A DNA stretch of 64,000 nt from Chloropicon primus (Eukaryota): positions 1 to 64,000 of the forward strand of contig CP060760.1 of assembly GCA_023205875.1 (NCBI GenBank), given 5' to 3'. The notes below the pieces were generated by a model that was given only the letters and a program-made list of their open reading frames with translations, searched no databases and was not told the DNA's origin. Shown piece by piece: positions 1 through 9,452 of this stretch. The translations under genes were made by a program, and so were the position numbers. Position 1 is the stretch's first letter. The number at the start of each line of letters is the position of its first letter.

Positions 1-320
1 AAACCTAAAAAACCTAAACCTAAACCTAAAACCTAAAACCTAAAACCTAAAACCTAAAACCTAAAACCTAAAACCTAAAACCTAAAACCTAAAACCTAAA
101 ACCTAAAACCTAAAACCTAAAACCTAAAACCTAAAACCTAAAACCTAAAACCTAAAACCTAAAACCTAAAACCTAAAACCTAAAACCTAAAACCTAAAAC
201 CTAAAACCTAAACCTGCCTAAAACCTAAAACCTAAACCTAAAAACCTAAACCCTAAAACCTAAAACCTAAAACCTAAACATAACAACCTAACAGCCTAAC
301 AAACCTACAATCCTAAACCT
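1..320. repeat. Telomere, (CCTAAAA)n = TTTTAGG on the minus strand; degenerate from ~210 to 320
   Basis: Near-perfect 7-mer tandem array from base 1 with the C-rich strand at the 5' end, grading into variant units. Confidence 0.97.
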
Positions 321-614
321 AAGGAAGGACGACCTGGCCAAGGAAAGGAGCCGGAGAACAAAAGAAGCCTAAGAGAAAGACACCGTCGCATCATCCAACC
401 TTTCCGTGGTGCCTCCGAGTCACCGCGTTTCCTAAAGCCTTGGGAGTCCTAAAACCTAACGCCTAAAAGGCCCTCTCGTGGGTCCGAAGTGTCTTGAGTA
501 GGGTTTGCCCGAGGAAGAAAGGAAGGACGACTTGGCCAAGGAAAGGAGCCGGAGAACAAAAGAAGCCTAAGAGAAAGACACCGTCGCATCATCCAAGCTT
601 TCCGTGGTGCCTCC
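321..614. repeat. Subtelomeric 96-bp direct repeat (321-416 and 519-614)
   Basis: Two copies of AAGGAAGGACGAC...TTTCCGTGGTGCCTCC with 2 mismatches; telomere-like remnants (cctaaaacctaac) lie in the spacer. Confidence 0.9.
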
Positions 615-1361
615 AAGCCCCCGCATGTTTTTCTTCTGGTATAGGTTTTAAGTGTGATCTGGGTTTTAGTCGGCCCTGAACCAGGTCGCATAAGACGACG
701 GATTCCAGCAGAAGAGTGGATCAGGGTAAGGTTTACGATTCAATCTCTTTATTCTCTGGTGCCCTAGATTACACTCCACCCGGAACAGGTCTCTTCATCA
801 CGGACTCCATTCACACAACATCATCATCATCCATGGAGGGCTGTGGTTTGGGTTTTAGTGGTCCGACAGATGGATCTCTACAGGCTCAAGGACGACGGGA
901 AGATACACAATATTAGAGGAGTATCCAAATATAAAATACAAGCCCCTTCTGACAAAGTTTCATAGCCATCGGATACGAACTGGATCCGTCACTCCACTAT
1001 TCGTACCAAAAAATGGGCCCAAAATGGGCAATAATAGCAACAGAATCATATCATACACACCTACATCACACAATCAAGTCACCATTTACCAAACCAAGAG
1101 GATCCAATCCACGAACAACTACCCATAACACACCTCTCCCTGCCTCCTCTCCTCTCCCACCCTCCTGCATTGCCCCAAGAACACCTCTCCTCCCTCGCCC
1201 CCCGGCCACGAAACCAAGACAAGCTCAAAACGACAATGTATTGGGTGATAGATTAAAAGATTTACTACTAAATAGGTTTTCGTTTTTGCGCGTGTACTCG
1301 AGAAAGTACTCAACACTAAACTTCCTCCTCCTCCTCCTCCTCCTCCTGAACCACCAGGTGC

Positions 1362-4300
1362 TTACTTCTCCTGCTTCATCTTCAAGAGCTCCGCCTTCAT
1401 GGCGGGTCCCAGGGAGTCGTAAGCGTCCTCGGACAGGGTGACCTGAGAGGCGTCGTTGACGTAGTCTGGGATCTCGTCGAAGTTCAGGTACCTGTAGGTG
1501 TCCGCGGCCTCCTTTCCGAGGTCTCCCATGTACTGGAGGTACTCCTCCTGGTTGGGGAGCCTTCCGAGCATGGAGGCAACGGCGGCGAGCTCGGCCGAGG
1601 CCAAGTAGACGTTTGCGCCCTTGCCCAGGCGGTTGGGGAAGTTCCTCGTGGAGGTGGAGACCACGGTGGACTTCTCGGCGACTCTGGCCTGGTTGCCCAT
1701 GCACAGGGAGCAGCCCGGCATCTCAGTCCTGGCCCCGACGGAGCCGAACACGCCGTAGTAGCCCTCCGCGGTGAGCTGGGCCTCGTCCATCTTGGTCGGT
1801 GGCGCGATCCACAGCCTGGTTGGGAGCTCGGTCGAGTCGTGGTCCCTGAGGAGCTTTCCGGCGGCCCTGAAGTGCCCGATGTTCGTCATGCAGCTGCCGA
1901 TGAAGACCTCGTCGATGCCGACCTGGCCGTCCTGGCCGGCTTCGAGGCACTCGCTCAGGAGCCTGGCGTCATCCGGGTCGTTGGGGGCGCACAGGATGGG
2001 CTCGGTGATCTCGTCCATGTTGATGTGGATCTCGGCAAAGTACTTGGCGTCCTTGTCGGCCTCAAGGAGCTGGGGCTCCATGAGCCAGCCCTCCATGGCG
2101 GCGACCCTCCTCTCCAGCGTCCTCCTGTCCCCGTACCCGTTGTTGATCATCCACTTGAGCATCACGACGTTGCTGTTGAGGTACTCCTTGATTGGCTCGG
2201 GGTCCAGCTTGATGGTGCAGCCCGCCGCGCTCCTCTCGGCCGAGGCGTCGCTCAGCTCGAAGGCCTGCTCGCACTTGAGGTGCTCCAGCCCCTCGATCTC
2301 CAAAATCCTACCGGAGAAGACGTTCACCTTGTTCTTCTTGGGCACGGTCAGCAGGCCCTGCTTGATCGCGTAGTAAGGGATGGCGTGGACCAGGTCCCTG
2401 AGGGTGATCCCGGGCTGCATGGTCCCGGAGAACCTGACGAGCACGGACTCGGGCATGTCCAGGGGGATGACCCCGAGGGCGGCGCCGAAGGCCACGAGCC
2501 CCGAGCCCGCGGGGAAGCTGATCCCAATGGGGAACCTGGTGTGGCTGTCTCCGCCCGTTCCCACGGTGTCGGGCAGGAGCATCCTGTTCAGCCAGGAGTG
2601 GATCACCCCGTCCCCGGGCTTGAGGGAGACGCCGCCCCTGTTCCTGATAAAGTCGGGGAGGGTGTGGTGGGTGTTCACGTCCACGGGCTTGGGGTACGCC
2701 GCCGTGTGGCAGAAGGACTGCATCACGAGGTCGGAGCTGAAGCCGAGGCAGGCCAAGTCCTTGAGCTCGTCCCTGGTCATCGGACCGGTGGTGTCCTGGC
2801 TGCCCACGGTGGTCATCTTGGGCTCGCAGTAGGTCCCGGGGAGGATTCCCTTGCCCTCCGCGAGGCCGCAGGCGCGGCCCACCATCTTCTGGGCCAGGGT
2901 GAACCCCTGAGCGTCCTCGGCCCCCGGGGGGTTCTCGGGCACGCGGAAGACCTGGCTCGGCCCGAGGACGAGGGACTCCCTGGCCTTGGTGGTCAGGCTC
3001 CTCCCCACGATGAGGGGGATCCTCCCGCCGGCCTGGACCTCGTCGAAGAGGACCGGGGTCTTGAGGGAGAACTCGGCGATGACCTCGTCCGTGCCGGACC
3101 TCTTAGCCACGCCCTCGTAGGGGTAGATGTCTACCAGGTCCCCGGTGTTCATGTGCCCGACGTCCATCTCCAAGGGGAGGGCGCCGCTGTCCTCCATGGT
3201 GTTGAAGAAGATCGGGGCGATCTTGTTGCCGATGCACACTCCCCCTGTCCTCTTGTTGGGCACGTAAGGGATGTCCGTCCCCATGAGCCACTGGATGGAG
3301 TTGGTGGCGGACTTCCTGCTCGACCCCGTTCCCACGACGTCGCCGACATAGGCCACGGTGACGCCAGGGTTCTCCTCCTTGAGCCTCCTGATCGTGCCGA
3401 TGACGTCCTCGTCCACGCCGTCCCTAGGCATCTTGAGCATGGCGAACGAGTGGACCGGGATGTCGGGCCTGCTCCAGGCGTCCGGCGCGGGGCTCAGGTC
3501 GTCCGTGTTGGTCTCCCCGGGCACCTTGAAGACCACGATCTGGATCTTCTCCGGGACCTTGTCCCTCTTGGTGAACCACTCGGCCTCGGCCCAGGATTCG
3601 AGAACCTCCTGGGCGTGGGCGTTCCCCTTCTTGGCCAGGGACTCGACGTCGTGGAAGGCGTCGAACATGAGGAGGGTGTCCTTGAGCGCGGCCGCGGCGA
3701 TCGGGGCGAGGTCGTCCACCTCGAGGGCGGCGACCAGGCCGGCGATGTTGTAGCCCCCCTGCATCGTGCCGAGGAGCCTGGTGGCGTCCTGCGCGGAGAC
3801 CAGTCCGCTCTGGATCTCCCCCTTGGCCACCGCGGTGAGCCAGGAGGCCTTGACGTACGCAGCGTCGTCGACTCCCGGCGGCACGCGGTGCGTCAGGAGC
3901 CTCACGAGTTCCTTGGCTTCCTCCTCCGCGTAGCTCCCCGCCTCGCACTCCAGGGCCCTGGTGAGCCTGGCGACCTGCTGGGCGTCCAGCGGGAGCGGTG
4001 CCATCGCCCACGACCCCTCGTACTCCTCCATGCGCTTCGAGGCCATCTCTTCGAGCTCCCCGAGCACGGCCTTGCCGTCCTGGACGGGGTCCGCAGTCGA
4101 GGACGCGTACGTCCTGGCGAGGGCGAGGTTCAGCGGAGGACCCGCGGCAGCGGCAGCGGCGAGGTGGTTGGGCCCAGCGGCCGCTGCCACGACGCGTCCC
4201 CCCTGGTCGTACGCCCTTGTCCTTGTCACGTACGCCCTCCTCGAGGAGGAGGAGGCGGCTCTTCGTGAGTTCCTGTTCTGCAACGCAATGATCCTGTTGA

Positions 4301-4451
4301 CCATGGCTTGCGTCGTGTTATTCTCTGCTTTCATGCCGTTCGTCATGTTCATCATGTTCGCGGTGTTCGTGTTTGTTGTGATGTTCCTGCACAGTAGTTG
4401 TTGTTGCAGTTGTTTCAGGACGTGTTGTCCCTTCCTCCTGACCCCCCACAT
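1362..4451 (-). CDS. acnB: Aconitate hydratase B (AcnB-type aconitase / 2-methylisocitrate dehydratase) with N-terminal organellar targeting extension
   Basis: AcnB HEAT-like region ([25 protein letters not shown]), [44 protein letters not shown], and 4Fe-4S Cys motifs IGSCMTN and GCSLCMGN. First ATG is at 4451; alternative starts at 4355 and 4304. Confidence 0.95.
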   Translation of the reverse strand: MWGVRRKGQHVLKQLQQQLLCRNITTNTNTANMMNMTNGMKAENNTTQAMVNRIIALQNRNSRRAASSSSRRAYVTRTRAYDQGGRVVAAAAGPNHLAAAAAAGPPLNLALARTYASSTADPVQDGKAVLGELEEMASKRMEEYEGSWAMAPLPLDAQQVARLTRALECEAGSYAEEEAKELVRLLTHRVPPGVDDAAYVKASWLTAVAKGEIQSGLVSAQDATRLLGTMQGGYNIAGLVAALEVDDLAPIAAAALKDTLLMFDAFHDVESLAKKGNAHAQEVLESWAEAEWFTKRDKVPEKIQIVVFKVPGETNTDDLSPAPDAWSRPDIPVHSFAMLKMPRDGVDEDVIGTIRRLKEENPGVTVAYVGDVVGTGSSRKSATNSIQWLMGTDIPYVPNKRTGGVCIGNKIAPIFFNTMEDSGALPLEMDVGHMNTGDLVDIYPYEGVAKRSGTDEVIAEFSLKTPVLFDEVQAGGRIPLIVGRSLTTKARESLVLGPSQVFRVPENPPGAEDAQGFTLAQKMVGRACGLAEGKGILPGTYCEPKMTTVGSQDTTGPMTRDELKDLACLGFSSDLVMQSFCHTAAYPKPVDVNTHHTLPDFIRNRGGVSLKPGDGVIHSWLNRMLLPDTVGTGGDSHTRFPIGISFPAGSGLVAFGAALGVIPLDMPESVLVRFSGTMQPGITLRDLVHAIPYYAIKQGLLTVPKKNKVNVFSGRILEIEGLEHLKCEQAFELSDASAERSAAGCTIKLDPEPIKEYLNSNVVMLKWMINNGYGDRRTLERRVAAMEGWLMEPQLLEADKDAKYFAEIHINMDEITEPILCAPNDPDDARLLSECLEAGQDGQVGIDEVFIGSCMTNIGHFRAAGKLLRDHDSTELPTRLWIAPPTKMDEAQLTAEGYYGVFGSVGARTEMPGCSLCMGNQARVAEKSTVVSTSTRNFPNRLGKGANVYLASAELAAVASMLGRLPNQEEYLQYMGDLGKEAADTYRYLNFDEIPDYVNDASQVTLSEDAYDSLGPAMKAELLKMKQEK

Positions 4452-4510
4452 CCTGTCAGGACACAAAACCCAAGCCAACCCAACCCCGAGTCAATCAAGG
4501 AATGATTGAA

Positions 4511-4544
4511 TGACTGACTGACTGACTGACTGACTGACTGACTG
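4511..4544. repeat. (TGAC)n microsatellite upstream of acnB
   Basis: Direct reading of the sequence. Confidence 0.9.
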
Positions 4545-4958
4545 AAGCAACCAATCAAACAAACAAGGCCTTCCTGACTCCGGTACGGTTGAAGTGCAGT
4601 GCAGTGCAGTGCAGGCAAGGTTGTCGTCCTTCCCCTGCGTGGTCGTTGTCGTTGTCGTGGTCGTGGTCGTGGTGGTGGTCCTTGTTTGTCCCCTGCCTTG
4701 CGCCGTTCTTCGTGGAAAAAGGAGGAAAAAGGTCACGAACCTCTGGAGACTTCCTCCTCCCTGAACAACAAAGGGATTTCTACACAAAGAACAAAAAAAC
4801 AAGAAAAACAAGAAAAAAATCTAAAGAGTGTAGTAATGAGTGTACATATACACCAATACCATGACCCCACCACAAAACATTAACACCGAGCACAAACCAG
4901 CACGACGACGAGGACGAGGACGACGAGGACGAGGACGACGACGACGACGAGGAGGAGG

Positions 4959-6173
4959 ATGGCTACGGATGGTGTTCCTTCTTCTTGTTCTTTTTCTTCT
5001 TATTCCTTCGCGCAAGACGAGACCTTTCCCCTGCCTCCCGTTGCTCTGGGGGCGAACCTTTGTCGGGAAGGTGCACGTGCCGTACGGTGGAGGACGGGAC
5101 GGGAGTGGACACTACACGCTCGCCACCCAAGGGTGTTTTGATGTCATAGAACAAGCCAAAAAACTGTGGTTGGACTTGATGAGGGAAGCGAAGTCGCCGA
5201 CCCATGGGCCGCTCACTATGGCGGACTACGGGACAGCCGACGGGGGACGAGCATGCTGAACCGCTGCTGAACGAACTCGTTGGTGGGGGATTTCAGGAAG
5301 AGGGAGCCCACCAAGGAGGTCCTCGTGTGCTGCGAGGACCAGCCCAACAACCACTTCAAGTCCCTCTTCTTCTACGTCCAGGGGATCGCGGACCTCCAGA
5401 GGGAGGGGCACCGCAAGACGTACCTCGAGGAGAACGACGGCGTGTACGCGACCGCGTGCGGGACCTCGTTCCACCGGCAGTGCTTCCCGAGCGCTTTGGG
5501 ATGTCCTTCACCGCCATGCATTGGCTGAGCAAGAAGCCCTGCGACATCGCGGCCGGGGTGCACGTGACGCAGGCCGAGGGCGAGGAGAGGGAGCTGTTCG
5601 CCAAGCAGGCCGCCGAGGACTGGGAGAACCTCCTGTTCCAGAGGACCAAGGAGCTCGCCCCGGGCGGCAAGATGGTGGTCGTGCACTTCTGCCTCGACGC
5701 GGACGGGTACCACCTCGGGTACACCGACAAGAGCGCGGTCTGCGTAGCACGACCAGTTCCACAAGCACTGGAAGGCGATGAGGGACGAGGGGAAGAACAC
5801 CGAGGAGGAGCACAGGGGCGGGACGATCATCAACTACTACAGGTCGGACGAGGAGATGAGGGCGCCCTTCAGGGCCGGGACCAGGGTCCACGACGGCGGG
5901 CTAAGGCTCGCGAGCGCGGAGACGAAGATCACGCGCTGACCCTACAACGAGGACTACAAGAGGGAAGTGGCCGAGGGCATTATCGGCATGAGGACCTGGA
6001 GCAACTCCTCCTTCCTCACCGCCCTCGACGAGGGGAAGAGGAGCGAGGCGGAGAGGCAGGCTCTCGTGGACGAGCTGTACCAGAGGTACGAGGACGAGGT
6101 CTTCCAGGACCCCGCGGTGAACCACATGGACTACGTCCACCACTACATCGTCATGGAGAAGGGGAAGGTGTGA
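4959..6173 (+). pseudogene. Disrupted SABATH-family (SAM-dependent carboxyl methyltransferase, Methyltransf_7) gene
   Basis: Family motifs are spread over different frames: HYTLATQG...ADYGTADGG; EDQPNNHFKSLF...GTSFHRQCFP; MSFTAMHWLS...QAAEDWENLLFQRTKELAPGG; YYRS...RTWSNSSF...MDYVHHY. Frameshifts lie near 5058, 5245-5285, 5495 and 5745, and there is an in-frame TGA at 5937. Confidence 0.8.
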
Positions 6174-6397
6174 GGAGACCGCCGCCACCGCACTATTTTA
6201 TTTTTACAAAATGGTAGGTTCATTCGTTGTTGTACCATAGGAGTAAGAGTGTTTGGTCTAATTCTAGTTTGTATGCCTTTACATGAATGTTAGCGCGATC
6301 GATGCGTGCTTTTCTTTTCTTCACGCGCCGCCGCGAAAAGAATCCCGGTCCGCGCCGCCCTCCCCGTCGGTCGTCGGTCGTGCCCCGCGCACCGACC

Positions 6398-8089
6398 TCA
6401 CTTGCCATAAACGCAAAACTTGCCCTGGACCCCCGTGGCCATCCAAAGCCGGTAAAAGTAGTTCTCCGACTGGATGGGGTGGGCGGTGCTCACCTTGGCC
6501 TCCGGCTTGAAGTACTTGCCCCCGCCTATCGAGAACCCGTACAGGTCGAGGCGGTCGCACACGCCTGACCTCAAGAGTGTGATCAAAGACCTGACCCTCG
6601 TGATGCCCCCGGTGGGGTGGGGGAGCTTGGGAACCCCGGTGTCCCCGTAAAACCCCGCGCTGGTCGTCAGATTCTTTTCCTCGATGTAGGCCCAGAACAT
6701 CTGCTCCTCGTCCCTCCGCCAGTCGCTGTAGTCGTGGGTGTTGTAGACCCAAGGCATCTTCCCACCGGGGAGGTTCTCTGGGTTCAGCTCGAACGGGGTG
6801 TACTTTGGGAAGAGGTTGTACATAGTGGGGACGACGTCCCTGTGGTTCTCCGTGTTCTTGTAATTGGTTTTGATCAGCATGCCGTCCGCCCGGTGACCCA
6901 CGTGGTCCTTGTACGGCTCGGTGATCACATTGAAGCGGACAATGAAGTCGTGGTCCTCGATCTCCTTGCCGTAGTTCCTCTCCAGAAGGTTGTCCGCGTT
7001 CCCGACCATGGCGCAGGTCCCGAGCTTGAGGCTCTCGAAGGCGGGAAGCCTCGCGATCTTCTCCTCCTTGGTCAAAGTCGAGTTCACCCCCGCCTTGGTC
7101 CGGAAGTTCAGCTTGTCCATCACCTGGTAGTACTTGTCAGCGTACTGGTACTTGTCTGGGTCCATGCACTCCTGGCTGGCGATTAGGCAAGGGTAGTGCG
7201 CTGAGGCCAGCCGCAAGATCTTCTTCGCCACGTCCAGGGGCAAGCCCGCGTACTTGGCGTCCTCCTCGTCCGGTTCCCTCGGGTACGCAGGCTCTCCCGT
7301 CGGGGTCTTGTAGCAGTACTCAGGGGGGGCCAGGCTGCCCTGGTAGCCGTCCACGATGGCCTGCACGTCTTCCGGGAGCTCGAACTTCCTTGCGACCATC
7401 TTCTTCTGGTGATTATCCATCTTCTTGGCGTGGTCCTGAAGAAGGTACTTCTCGTAGCCCTCCTTGCCCAGGGCATGGACGGAGTTCGGCTTGACCTTCT
7501 TCGCCCGGAGGTCCTTCTTCTCCTGGTCAGAGATCTTGATGCTCACCTTGGACTTGGACTTGTCCCCCTTGACCTTGGTTTTGGTCGACTTCTTCGGTTT
7601 CTTCTTCGGCGTCTTGGCCTTGGCCTTGTTGGCCTTGCCCGAGGGGCTCGGTGCGGCCGCTGGCTTCTTCTTTTTCTTCCGCAGGTCCTCCAGCTCCCGC
7701 TTCAGCCTGTCGATCTCCACCTTGGTCTTCGCCTGGTCACTTTTGTCTTTCAAGTCGTCCACTGCTATCCGGTGACTTCCCTTGTTGTTGTGGGGGTGAA
7801 CCTCCTTGATGATCATATCGTCCTTGGCGACTTGGCCCACGTACTTTTCCTCCTCACTGACCCCCTGCTTGAAGTACTGCCAATCTCTCATGTTCGACGT
7901 CAGCAGCAAGATTAAGAGGACGAGTATGGTGGCCACGAGGGAGTACTTCTTCGCAGATGAGACTTCCACCTTGGCCTTGTTCCTGGTCCTCTTGAGTTCT
8001 TGCTCCTGGGACAAGAGTCTTGTGTTCGTGTTCTCCCCATGTCCCTCCTCCCCGTCCTTGTCCTTGTCCTTGTCCTTGTCCCCACCCAT
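6398..8089 (-). CDS. GT29 sialyltransferase-like glycosyltransferase (type II membrane protein)
   Basis: N-terminal TM segment (LVATILVLLILLL), Lys-rich stem, sialylmotif L (CAMVGNADNLL..YGKEIEDHDFIVRFN), S (PTGG...CDRLDLYGF) and VS (HPIQSE). Confidence 0.88.
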   Translation of the reverse strand: MGGDKDKDKDKDGEEGHGENTNTRLLSQEQELKRTRNKAKVEVSSAKKYSLVATILVLLILLLTSNMRDWQYFKQGVSEEEKYVGQVAKDDMIIKEVHPHNNKGSHRIAVDDLKDKSDQAKTKVEIDRLKRELEDLRKKKKKPAAAPSPSGKANKAKAKTPKKKPKKSTKTKVKGDKSKSKVSIKISDQEKKDLRAKKVKPNSVHALGKEGYEKYLLQDHAKKMDNHQKKMVARKFELPEDVQAIVDGYQGSLAPPEYCYKTPTGEPAYPREPDEEDAKYAGLPLDVAKKILRLASAHYPCLIASQECMDPDKYQYADKYYQVMDKLNFRTKAGVNSTLTKEEKIARLPAFESLKLGTCAMVGNADNLLERNYGKEIEDHDFIVRFNVITEPYKDHVGHRADGMLIKTNYKNTENHRDVVPTMYNLFPKYTPFELNPENLPGGKMPWVYNTHDYSDWRRDEEQMFWAYIEEKNLTTSAGFYGDTGVPKLPHPTGGITRVRSLITLLRSGVCDRLDLYGFSIGGGKYFKPEAKVSTAHPIQSENYFYRLWMATGVQGKFCVYGK

Positions 8090-8222
8090 CTTGTCTCTCG
8101 CCTCGTGTCCCACCCAGTCCCACGAGTCCCAGGAGGACAAGTCCTACGACGAGTCGCTCGGAGTCTTCCTTGGCTCTCCCTGGCCCGGCGCTCGGAGTCT
8201 TCCTCGTCTCCCCCCCCACGAC

Positions 8223-8317
8223 AGGTTTAGGTTTTAAGGGGTTTAGGTTTTAGGTTTTAGGTTTTAAGACCTCCCTTCGTCCTAGGGTTTTTGGACCGCT
8301 TGAGGTTTAGGTTTTAG
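8223..8317. repeat. Interstitial telomere-like TTTTAGG/TTTAGG array in a divergent promoter
   Basis: aggtttaggttttaaggggtttaggttttaggttttaggtttt ... tagggttt ... aggtttaggttttag between the GT29 and AUH starts. Confidence 0.85.
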
Positions 8318-8331
8318 AGAGGGCGGTGGCG

Positions 8332-9378
8332 ATGGCGACGGCGTGGACTGCGGCGGTGAGGAGGGCAGTGAGGGGACTGGCCCACGGGGAAACCTTGGCG
8401 AGTGGGTGGGGGAAGAGAGGCGTTCAGGGCTTGCCTTGCCTCGGGTGGTTTCAAACTCAAACTCAAACTCAAATTCCTTTCCATGGACAAGCCAGGGACG
8501 CGTCCTCCTCGTCGTCGGGCTCGGGCGAGCAAGGGAAAGGGGAGGCGTCGTGCTTGGACCTCAAGCAGTACGAGCACGTGTGCGGGACGGAGGCCAAGCT
8601 TTTCGTGGGGGAGAAGCACGGCGTGGCGAGGATAGAACTGGACCGAATGCAGGCGAGGAACGCACTGGGGAAAGCGATGCTGGAGGACTTGGAGGAGTGC
8701 GTGGCCAAGACGAGGGATCTCAGCAGAGACCACACGGTGAGGTGCCTCGTCGTTCACTCGTGCTCGGAGAGCGTGTTCTGCGCGGGGGCGGACCTCAAGG
8801 AGAGGCGGGCCATGAGCGACGACCAGGTGGTGGAGTTTGTCAAGCGGCTGAGGACCTCCTTCCTGGACCTGCAGAGGGTTCCCGTGCCCACCATAGCTGC
8901 CGTCGGGGGAGTCGCCCTCGGGGGCGGGTTCGAGATCGCCCTGGCCTGCGACCTCAGGGTTGGCTCGGACACCTGCCTGGTGGGGCTCCCCGAGACCAGG
9001 CTCGCCATCATTCCCGGCGCCGGGGGGACGCAGAGGCTCGCGCGACTCTTGGGCGTCACCAAGGCAAAGGACCTCGTCTTCACTGGGAGGCACTTGAAAG
9101 CCTACGAGGCGTTCGAGATGGGCGTCCTGGACAGGTATACGATCCAGAAGCCAGTGCTGGACGAGGCCCTCGCTTTGGCGGAGGAGATTGTCCGCGGAGG
9201 GCCCATCGCCTTGCAGCAGGCGAAGCAGGCGATCGACGAGGGCCTCGAGCAGTTGACTTGGGAGGAAGCAATGGGCGTGGAGGAAAAGTGCTACGCGAAG
9301 GTGGTCCCCACGACGGACAGGTTGGAGGCCCTCGATGCCTTTGCCCAAAAGAGGAAGCCGCAATTCAAAGGGGAGTGA
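8332..9378 (+). CDS. AUH: Enoyl-CoA hydratase/isomerase family protein, methylglutaconyl-CoA hydratase (AUH)-like, mitochondrial
   Basis: FCAGADLKER, ALGGGFEIALACDLR, GLPETRLAIIPGAGGTQRL and C-terminal DRLEALDAFAQKRKPQFKGE; Arg-rich presequence. Confidence 0.88.
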   Translation: MATAWTAAVRRAVRGLAHGETLASGWGKRGVQGLPCLGWFQTQTQTQIPFHGQARDASSSSSGSGEQGKGEASCLDLKQYEHVCGTEAKLFVGEKHGVARIELDRMQARNALGKAMLEDLEECVAKTRDLSRDHTVRCLVVHSCSESVFCAGADLKERRAMSDDQVVEFVKRLRTSFLDLQRVPVPTIAAVGGVALGGGFEIALACDLRVGSDTCLVGLPETRLAIIPGAGGTQRLARLLGVTKAKDLVFTGRHLKAYEAFEMGVLDRYTIQKPVLDEALALAEEIVRGGPIALQQAKQAIDEGLEQLTWEEAMGVEEKCYAKVVPTTDRLEALDAFAQKRKPQFKGE

Positions 9379-9452
9379 AGGAGACGTCGTCTAGAATGGT
9401 GGCGAGTCGAACACCCATATAGAATTATTACAGATTATTTATCAGTTCTATT

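Noticed and set aside
449..1441. Short ORFs in the subtelomere
   Set aside because: No codon bias or motifs; they overlap repeats and the acnB 3' region.
1839..4268. 809-aa ORF antisense to acnB, and similar long antisense ORFs at 31458-34274, 29490-31055 and 60693-62297
   Set aside because: These are shadow ORFs produced by strong GC3 codon bias on the coding strand; they show no recognisable motifs.
5937..5939. In-frame TGA at a probable Cys position (R*PY) read as selenocysteine
   Set aside because: The same gene carries several frameshifts, so a TGC-to-TGA nonsense change is simpler, and no SECIS element was identified by eye.
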